From an uncultured Mariniplasma sp. (GTDB lineage Bacteria > Bacillota_I > Bacilli_A > Acholeplasmatales > Acholeplasmataceae): a DNA stretch of 64,000 nucleotides. The notes under the pieces were generated by a model, which saw nothing but the letters and a program-made list of their open reading frames with translations, was not told where the DNA came from and did not search any database. This document shows, in pieces, positions 29,659 through 37,105 of this stretch. Position numbers and translations under genes: made by a program. Each line of letters opens with the position of its first letter. Within the stretch, counting starts at the first letter, position 1. The stretch is from assembly GCA_964566285.1 (NCBI GenBank), contig CAZMIG010000003.1:28654-92653 (forward strand). The letters run 5' to 3'.

Positions 29659-31509
29659 ATGTTCAAAAAAGTATGTTTTATAATAATAAGTGTAATAAGT
29701 ATAATAAGCCTTGGGGCGTGTCATCAACCAGTAGAGGAAACTGATGATATCATATTACCTAATCTATCAGGGATGAATAAGACACAAGCACTTGATCAAT
29801 TTTCTGAGTTTGATCTAAATGTTACTGTAATAGATGTTATCAATAATGATATTATGGTTGGAAGGTTTATTTCTTATAACGAGCCATATATAGCAGGTAT
29901 GATTGTTCTTCCGGATACAGAAATTATATTGTATTTCGTGAAGCAAGCAAACGAATTACCTGATTTGTCAGGAATGAACCAGACAGAAATTATAGAGGAA
30001 CTATCCTTAATTGATGTTAATGTTTCTTTTGAGTATATTGATACAAATGCAATCCAAGAAGGACTATTTGTTCAATATGGTGATCTTCTAAAATCTGGAG
30101 ATATTGTAGATATTGGAACGGAAATTACTATTGATCTTGCAACTCCATTTGATGTTTTAGTTTACTTACCTAATTTGAGTGGACTAAATGAAGCAGAAAT
30201 AGAAATTAGATTATCAGCAATTGATATTGATTTCGATATACAGACCATTCAAAATAATGATGTATCAGAAGGATATTTTGTTCAATATGAAGGTCTATAC
30301 ATAACTGGTAGCGCAGTACCCTTGGGACAAGCAATTATTGTCTATGTTGCTGAACATGTCAATATGTTGCCAGACCTAGATGGCCTCAATCAGACTCAAA
30401 TCATCAGCAGATTAGCTAAAATTAGCGTCATCATTGAGTTTAAGGTCACTGCTACAAATGATATAGAAGAAGGATTGTTTGTAAATTATGGCAATGATTT
30501 ACAATCTGGAGATATCGTTAAGATCAATTCAATCGTTATAATATATATTGCTCAGCCTGTGATAACCGTTAATACTAACTTAATGATCTCTAGCTATCTC
30601 GAGGGGGCACTTTTGAATCGAGCAATTGAACTTTATAATGTTTCCGATGAACCGATTGACTTGTCAAACTATAAATTAGTTCTTTATCTTGACGGATTAG
30701 AATCAGTTGGGGTAACTATTGATTTGGAGGGAATTCTTTTGGCAAAAGATGTTTATGTGATTGCTCATGAAAACAGCAATGAAAGTATCTTATCGAAAGC
30801 TAACTTAACAACACAAAATTTGATTTTTAATGGCAATGATGCAGTTGCACTTCAATATTATAATGATGTTATTGTTGATATTGTTGGTAATATAGGATGG
30901 GGTTTATACTATTTAAGCGATCGGACACTGGTCAGAGATGGGTCTGTTTCTCAAGCAAGCGATCTTTTCAATATTGATGAATGGGATGAATACAGATCAG
31001 ATTATGATGCTATTTTGGGCATACATCCAACGCAATATCCAGTAACGTTCACTTTTGATTCATCATTTCTAACTGTTCCCTTTACTGAGCCCGGCGGAAT
31101 GATTGAAGTTGAATATGTTTCAATATATGATGGGGATACAGCATATTTTACACCAGGATTTCTTGGAGATAATAGAGTCCGTTTCATCGGAATTGATACG
31201 ACAGAAATAGGCAGTGGAACATTTGCTATTGCTGCAAGAAACTTTGTTGCATCTTTACTCTCTAATGCAACAACCATATACCTTCAACATGATCCTGAAT
31301 CTGGAATTGTTGATACATATGGAAGATCACTTGCACTCGTTTGGGCTGATGGTGTTCTCATAAATTATGAGGTCGTTCTTCATGGATACAGTCAAAACAA
31401 TTATCAGGACCCTACACACGCTTTAATTTTTAATAATATTCCACTCAGCACATGGATGACTAATGCTGAAAAATATGCAAAAGAAAATCACTTAGGAGTA
31501 TGGGCATAA
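29659..31509 (+). CDS. Surface lipoprotein nuclease B: PASTA-like x4 + lamin-tail domain + SNase (thermonuclease)
   Basis: 616 aa from ATG 29659 (RBS GAGGAG). Lipobox LGAC. Four repeats LPNLSGMN...(I/V)..G.F(I/V).Y. LTD ISSYLEGALLNRAIELYNVSDEPIDLSNY. SNase core VRFIGIDTTE...YGRSLALVWADGVLINYEVVLHGY. Confidence 0.8.
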   Translation: MFKKVCFIIISVISIISLGACHQPVEETDDIILPNLSGMNKTQALDQFSEFDLNVTVIDVINNDIMVGRFISYNEPYIAGMIVLPDTEIILYFVKQANELPDLSGMNQTEIIEELSLIDVNVSFEYIDTNAIQEGLFVQYGDLLKSGDIVDIGTEITIDLATPFDVLVYLPNLSGLNEAEIEIRLSAIDIDFDIQTIQNNDVSEGYFVQYEGLYITGSAVPLGQAIIVYVAEHVNMLPDLDGLNQTQIISRLAKISVIIEFKVTATNDIEEGLFVNYGNDLQSGDIVKINSIVIIYIAQPVITVNTNLMISSYLEGALLNRAIELYNVSDEPIDLSNYKLVLYLDGLESVGVTIDLEGILLAKDVYVIAHENSNESILSKANLTTQNLIFNGNDAVALQYYNDVIVDIVGNIGWGLYYLSDRTLVRDGSVSQASDLFNIDEWDEYRSDYDAILGIHPTQYPVTFTFDSSFLTVPFTEPGGMIEVEYVSIYDGDTAYFTPGFLGDNRVRFIGIDTTEIGSGTFAIAARNFVASLLSNATTIYLQHDPESGIVDTYGRSLALVWADGVLINYEVVLHGYSQNNYQDPTHALIFNNIPLSTWMTNAEKYAKENHLGVWA

Positions 31510-31510
31510 T

Positions 31511-32335
31511 ATGATTAAATATATCAACCGGATTATCTATGCTTTATTGGCAGCATTAGGATTAATGATTGTCTTCAACTTAACCGATTCATACGCAAGA
31601 ACACTCTATCTTGAAGAGCAGGGAGCAATTGCTATTGAAAATAATGATTACGCATATTTTATATCCGTAAGATTTTATGATGAAGTGCCACTTGTCGAAG
31701 AAACAATTACAGTTTCTGACCGCACATTTGATTTGATGATTTATCAAGCTGCATATATTCAGTTAGTAAACGAAACTTATGTTGTTCATGATGGAATTTA
31801 TATTATGATGCATCAAACGGTAGGCAATTCACTAAATGATTTCTTTACAGTTCGGATTTCTTCGGGAACCAAAATTACGAAAGATTTTATGGGAGTTAAA
31901 ATATTTAGTTTACCACTTTACTCAGTATTAGATGAGGATACTCAAGCATCTCTACTAAAGAAGAGTGCATTTGAAAGTGATAGTGTTTTTCAAACCATTA
32001 CCAATATAACTATTTTTCAGGACAATGATGAATTAACACAAATTCCTGTGAATATTGAAGAAACACAATTTACAGTAAAAACCGATATCATCGATTACAT
32101 CAATTTGAATGGATCTGCTCCAGATGAAGCATTCGGAAATGTATCTATGGCACCTATTATCGAAATTGATACAAGACCTATTGTTTTTCGTAATATTGCT
32201 ATCTATATCGTTTTCGCTATCGGAGTGACAGTTTTAATCTTCACAGCACGCAAGAGACTAGGTAAAAAAGAGCCTACAATAGGCGTTAAACAGGATATTG
32301 AAAAATTAGTAGAACAGGATAGAAAAGAGCGATGA
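31511..32335 (+). CDS. Hypothetical bitopic membrane protein (N- and C-terminal TM helices, extracytoplasmic middle)
   Basis: 274 aa. Starts 1 nt after the nuclease B stop. I recognise no family motif. Confidence 0.6.
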   Translation: MIKYINRIIYALLAALGLMIVFNLTDSYARTLYLEEQGAIAIENNDYAYFISVRFYDEVPLVEETITVSDRTFDLMIYQAAYIQLVNETYVVHDGIYIMMHQTVGNSLNDFFTVRISSGTKITKDFMGVKIFSLPLYSVLDEDTQASLLKKSAFESDSVFQTITNITIFQDNDELTQIPVNIEETQFTVKTDIIDYINLNGSAPDEAFGNVSMAPIIEIDTRPIVFRNIAIYIVFAIGVTVLIFTARKRLGKKEPTIGVKQDIEKLVEQDRKER

Positions 32336-32349
32336 ATATCGCTTTTTTC
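32326..32349 (+). terminator. Rho-independent terminator overlapping the stop codon
   Basis: AGCGAT GAAT ATCGCT followed by TTTTT. Confidence 0.6.
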
Positions 32350-32396
32350 TTCTATTTATGATATACTATTCTAATATAATTGAGAAAGGAACTTAC

Positions 32397-33356
32397 ATGA
32401 ATATTAAAACAAAAATCTATGAAATGATTAAAACTTACAAGGTAATTATCATTCATAGGCATTTAAGACCAGATATGGATGCAATCGGTAGCCAATATGG
32501 CCTATATTTAACGATCAAGGCTAATTTTCCTAATAAATCAGTATATGTTGTTGGTGATGCTAGCGACATGAGCTATCTATCAACAATGGATGATATACCT
32601 GATGAAACCTATCGAGACGCATTAGCAATTATTACAGATGTTTCGGTGACTAAACTAATTAGTGATGATCGGTATAATCTTGCTAAAGAGCGCATTATTA
32701 TTGATCACCATCAAAACGATACAGATGTATCTAATGTTTCAGTTTTTTATAAAGAACCAACTTTCGCTTCCGCATCTGAAATGATTGTTGATTTAATCAG
32801 AACCTTTAAATTAATAGTTACACCAGAAGCTGCAACTTATCTTTACGGAGGTATGGTTACTGATACTGGAAGATTTCTTCATCTAAATGATGCAAGCAAA
32901 ACATTTGAACTTGCAGCTTACATTACAAGATTCAACCCCAATATTCAAGAGTTCTATGCATATATCTATACTGAACCTCTCCAAAAAAGACTTACAAAAA
33001 ATTTATTTTCAACTTTTGAGACAACAGAAAATGGAGTTGCGTACAGAAAAAATGATGCTGAATTGATTAACAAAAGTGGATTGGAGTTTCAGTCTATAAG
33101 TCGAGGTATGGTTAATCAAATGGCGGGTATCAAAGAGATTCCTATTTGGGCAAACTTTACAGAAGACGTTGAAAATAATGTCATCGTTGGAGAATTTAGA
33201 GCAAGAGGTATTACCATTGTTGACATTGCCAAGAAATATGGTGGTGGTGGACACAATCAGGCTTGTGGAGCAAGTTTTAAGAATTGGCGAGATGTTGATT
33301 TAATTATCAAAGATTTAGACGAAAGGGCAAAATTACATGCAAAAGATACTAAATAA
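32397..33356 (+). CDS. DHH/DHHA1 phosphoesterase (NrnA-like nanoRNase/pAp phosphatase), paralog 1
   Basis: 319 aa from ATG 32397. Motifs HRHLRPDMDAIGS, DHHQN, GGGGHNQACGASF. Confidence 0.85.
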   Translation: MNIKTKIYEMIKTYKVIIIHRHLRPDMDAIGSQYGLYLTIKANFPNKSVYVVGDASDMSYLSTMDDIPDETYRDALAIITDVSVTKLISDDRYNLAKERIIIDHHQNDTDVSNVSVFYKEPTFASASEMIVDLIRTFKLIVTPEAATYLYGGMVTDTGRFLHLNDASKTFELAAYITRFNPNIQEFYAYIYTEPLQKRLTKNLFSTFETTENGVAYRKNDAELINKSGLEFQSISRGMVNQMAGIKEIPIWANFTEDVENNVIVGEFRARGITIVDIAKKYGGGGHNQACGASFKNWRDVDLIIKDLDERAKLHAKDTK

Positions 33357-34275
33357 AATTAAAGAATATAATACGATTATCATTCACGGACACAAAAGAC
33401 CAGATGGGGATTGTTATGGATCTCAATTTGGATTAAAAAATATTATAAAAAATTCATTTCCGGATAAAAAAGTTTATGTCGTTGGTCAAACGAGTGCTTT
33501 TGTTGATTTCATTGGTAAAATAGATGAAATCACTGACGAAACTTATCAAGGTGCTTTAAGCATTGTTGTAGATACGGCAGTTGAAGATAGAATTAGTGAT
33601 CCACGTTATTCGTTAGGCAAAGAGATTATTAAAATTGATCATCATATTCCCGTTGATGATTATGGCGATATTAGATGGGTTGATACAAATTTTCCTTCAT
33701 GTGCACAAATGATTGCGTATTTTTACTACAAAAATAAAAAAGAATTAAAATTATCATTAGATGGAGCAATCGCAATGTATACAGGAATCGTCACTGACAC
33801 AGGGAGATTCCGTTTTAGAGGTGTTTCTAACCTCACACATAAAATGGCTGGCATGTTACTAGATAAGGGCGTAGACGTCGAATACATAGACTCAAAACTC
33901 AGTAAAGAATCCTTAGAGATGATTGGTCTTAAAGGATATGTATATAGTAATTTTGTTACAACGAAGGGCTTTATCTATTTGAAGATGACAAGAGACATCA
34001 TAGATAAATTCCAAGTAACTGATGAGCAAGCTGCATCTGTTGTGGGCTTGTTAGGCGGTATTGAAGGATTTCCGGTATGGGCGTTATTTATTGAATACCC
34101 AAATGAAGTTAGAATTAGATTGAGATCTAATGGTCCTACAATCAATGAACTAGCAAATAGATTTGGTGGAGGCGGACACGCAAAAGCATCAGGAGCAAGA
34201 TTAGAAAGTTGGGATCAACTTCCAGAATTTATTGCCGATGTTGAAGCTGTAGTAAAAGCTTATAACGAAGCATAA
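33337..34275 (+). CDS. DHH/DHHA1 phosphoesterase (NrnA-like), paralog 2
   Basis: 312 aa. Motifs HGHKRPDGDCYGS, DHHIP, GGGGHAKASGARL. Overlaps paralog 1 by 20 nt. Confidence 0.85.
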   Translation: MQKILNKIKEYNTIIIHGHKRPDGDCYGSQFGLKNIIKNSFPDKKVYVVGQTSAFVDFIGKIDEITDETYQGALSIVVDTAVEDRISDPRYSLGKEIIKIDHHIPVDDYGDIRWVDTNFPSCAQMIAYFYYKNKKELKLSLDGAIAMYTGIVTDTGRFRFRGVSNLTHKMAGMLLDKGVDVEYIDSKLSKESLEMIGLKGYVYSNFVTTKGFIYLKMTRDIIDKFQVTDEQAASVVGLLGGIEGFPVWALFIEYPNEVRIRLRSNGPTINELANRFGGGGHAKASGARLESWDQLPEFIADVEAVVKAYNEA

Positions 34276-34276
34276 A

Positions 34277-35143
34277 ATGCAAAGCTGTCAAACGATTATC
34301 GTTGAAAAACCAAAACTTCCTTTAGCTGATATTGAAAGAAGTTTAACGAAAACGTATAAAAAAGATATTTTAGTACCATTTGTCAAAGCAATCAATGAAT
34401 ATGAACTCGTTGAACCAGGAGACAAGATTGCTGTTGCCGTTTCAGGTGGGAAAGATAGTTTAATACTAGCAAAACTATTTCAAGAATTAAAAAAACATAA
34501 TAAAATAGACTTTGACCTTGTTTTTCTTTCAATGGATCCCGGGTTTAGAGCAATCAATCGTGAATTACTCGAAAGCAATACGAAATATTTGGATATTCCA
34601 GTAATTATTAAAGAATCAGAGATTTTTAATGTGATAGGTAAAATTGCTAAAGAAAATCCTTGTTATATGTGTGCAAGAATGAGAAGAGGATTTTTATATA
34701 AAGCAGCCCTAGATTTGGGATGTAATAAATTAGCTTTGGGTCATCATTTTAATGATGTGATAGAAACAACTTTGATGAACATGTTTTATAATGGGCAATT
34801 CATGACGATGGTTCCCAAAATAGAAGCTGATAACTTTGAAGGAATTGAATTGATTCGGCCCATGGTGTTCGTTAAAGAACATGATATTATCAGATGGGTT
34901 AAACATAGTGGAATTCAAGCAATGAATTGTGGATGCACAGTCGTAGCTGAAAAAACCTCTTCAAAGAGACGCGAAATCAAACAGTTGATTGAACAATTAA
35001 AGAAAGATCAACCTGATGTTGATCAACTCATTTATAACTCAGCAGCAAATATAAACTTGGAAGCTATTTTAGGCTACCATCAAAATAATACGAACAAAGT
35101 ACATTTTAATCAAATCTATAAAGAAAGGAGAAAACAAAAATGA
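34277..35143 (+). CDS. PP-loop ATPase, TtcA-like tRNA 2-thiocytidine synthetase family
   Basis: 288 aa. PP-loop SGGKDS, Cys motifs CYMCARMRR and NCGC. Confidence 0.75.
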   Translation: MQSCQTIIVEKPKLPLADIERSLTKTYKKDILVPFVKAINEYELVEPGDKIAVAVSGGKDSLILAKLFQELKKHNKIDFDLVFLSMDPGFRAINRELLESNTKYLDIPVIIKESEIFNVIGKIAKENPCYMCARMRRGFLYKAALDLGCNKLALGHHFNDVIETTLMNMFYNGQFMTMVPKIEADNFEGIELIRPMVFVKEHDIIRWVKHSGIQAMNCGCTVVAEKTSSKRREIKQLIEQLKKDQPDVDQLIYNSAANINLEAILGYHQNNTNKVHFNQIYKERRKQK

Positions 35144-35670
35144 TTTTAGATTTCGATTTAACCTTAACTGAAGTATTAATAAAAATATTATTACCACTCG
35201 TTATCGTTTTTCTTATTGGATCGTTTATTGGACTTGAAAGACAAAATGTTGGGAAAGCAGCAGGTTTATCTGCACACGTATTGGTTGCAATGGGTGCTGC
35301 AGGTATCGCTATTATGCAGCGTTTGATGTTTGAGTATCAAATTGATCTACAATTGATTACTGGAGTTAATATTGATCCAGAAGGACAAAGAGTTATTGCA
35401 CAGGTTATCACAGGTATTGGGTTTATCGGCGCTGGTGTCATTATCAAGGATCAGACAAATGTTGTCAAAGGTATTACAACCGCAGCTACTTTGTGGTTTA
35501 TGGCAATGATTGGATTGATTTTAGGTAGTGGGTATATCTTAGTAGGTTCAATATTAGGATTGTTCATCGCTGGTTTTATTGCTATAAGAGATTTGCATCG
35601 TGGATTTAATCCATTTAAAGGAAAACCATTTCAGCATCCGAAAAAAATAAAGGAACCCAAAAAAGAATGA
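35140..35670 (+). CDS. MgtC/SapB family membrane protein
   Basis: 176 aa with four or five TM helices. MgtC-like sequence GLERQ...AGLSAHVLVAMGAA. Overlaps both neighbours. Confidence 0.75.
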   Translation: MILDFDLTLTEVLIKILLPLVIVFLIGSFIGLERQNVGKAAGLSAHVLVAMGAAGIAIMQRLMFEYQIDLQLITGVNIDPEGQRVIAQVITGIGFIGAGVIIKDQTNVVKGITTAATLWFMAMIGLILGSGYILVGSILGLFIAGFIAIRDLHRGFNPFKGKPFQHPKKIKEPKKE

Positions 35671-37013
35671 ACTTTGATACAATTGCTGCAATATCAACAG
35701 CATATGGTACAGCTGGAATCTCAGTGATTAGAATCAGTGGAGATTCAGCAATCAAGGAATTCAATCAAATATTTAAAGGGTGTGATTTAACAGAAGTTAA
35801 AAGTCACACGGCTCACTATGGTCATATCTTAAATGAGGACGGGAGTTACTTAGATGAGGTAATGATTACAGTGCTCAAAGCACCTAAAACATTTACTGCT
35901 GAAGATGTGGTTGAAGTATCCACACATGGTGGTATTTTGATTACTCAAAAGGTTTTAGAAAGAATTTTATCCTTAGATATTCGATTAGCTGAACCTGGAG
36001 AATTTAGTCAAAGAGCATATTTAAATGGACGAATAGATTTAGTTGAAGCCGAATCGATTATGGATTTAATTCATGCGAAAAGTGAACAAGCCTTAAAGAT
36101 AGCAAATCTTGGTGTACAAAAAGAAACTTCAAAACTGATTAGAAACTTAAGATCGAAACTATTAACCATTATTGCTCAAATAGAAGTTAATATTGATTAT
36201 CCCGAATATGATGATGCAATTGTAATGAGTAAAGAAATTATTAAACCGGATACTTTAGCACTCATCAAAGAAATTGATGAACTACTTAAGGAGTCTGGAA
36301 AGAATCAAATGATTAGAGAAGGTGTCAAAACCGTAATCATCGGTAAACCAAATGTTGGAAAAAGTAGTTTACTAAATGCGCTTATTGATGAAGATAAAGC
36401 AATCGTTACTGAAGTTGAAGGAACAACAAGAGATACAATTGAAGCTTACGTTAATATCAATGGTGTCACATTGAATCTAATTGATACCGCAGGGATAAGA
36501 AAGACAATTGATGTTGTTGAACAAATTGGTGTAAACCGCTCTATGAAGGCACTTAACGAAGCTGAGCTAGTACTACTTGTTTTGGACCAATCGAAAGTAT
36601 TGACGAAAGAAGATAAAGAATTATTAGCATTAACAAAGCATAAAAAAAGAATTATTATTGCTAATAAATCTGATTTGCCTAGTGTACTTCAGATGAATGA
36701 CGCCATATTAATTTCAACACTTACAAGAGCAGGACTTAAAGCGTTGGAAAATGCGATCCTTAAACTATTATCTTTAGAGGATATTGAACAAAGAGACTTT
36801 AATTATTTGTCAAACGCTAGACATATTGCTAAAGTAAATGAAGCAAAGAAAGCTCTAGAAAATGTTTTAAAATCTATTGATCTCGATATGCCTGTTGACG
36901 TTTATGCGATTGATTTGACGAGTGCTTGGAGACTTTTAGGAGATATTTTGGGAGAAAATTATCAAGATGATTTATTGAATGAATTGTTCTCTAAATTTTG
37001 TCTTGGGAAATAA
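35667..37013 (+). CDS. mnmE: tRNA modification GTPase MnmE
   Basis: 448 aa. G-domain GKPNVGKSSLLNAL and DTAGIR. C-terminal FCLGK motif. Confidence 0.93.
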   Translation: MNFDTIAAISTAYGTAGISVIRISGDSAIKEFNQIFKGCDLTEVKSHTAHYGHILNEDGSYLDEVMITVLKAPKTFTAEDVVEVSTHGGILITQKVLERILSLDIRLAEPGEFSQRAYLNGRIDLVEAESIMDLIHAKSEQALKIANLGVQKETSKLIRNLRSKLLTIIAQIEVNIDYPEYDDAIVMSKEIIKPDTLALIKEIDELLKESGKNQMIREGVKTVIIGKPNVGKSSLLNALIDEDKAIVTEVEGTTRDTIEAYVNINGVTLNLIDTAGIRKTIDVVEQIGVNRSMKALNEAELVLLVLDQSKVLTKEDKELLALTKHKKRIIIANKSDLPSVLQMNDAILISTLTRAGLKALENAILKLLSLEDIEQRDFNYLSNARHIAKVNEAKKALENVLKSIDLDMPVDVYAIDLTSAWRLLGDILGENYQDDLLNELFSKFCLGK

Positions 37014-37105
37014 TTTAGTTTCAAATTTATAAAATTAGTTTTAGCCATATTATAAGATATAATATGTGTTATAATGGTAAAAGAAAGAAAGCGAGGGAAC
37101 ATCAA

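Noticed and set aside
37014-37105. Expected SRP RNA (scRNA/ffs) upstream of dnaX, as in Bacillus
   Set aside because: The spacer is only about 90 nt, extremely AT-rich, and lacks the conserved SRP domain IV motifs. No ncRNA is called here.
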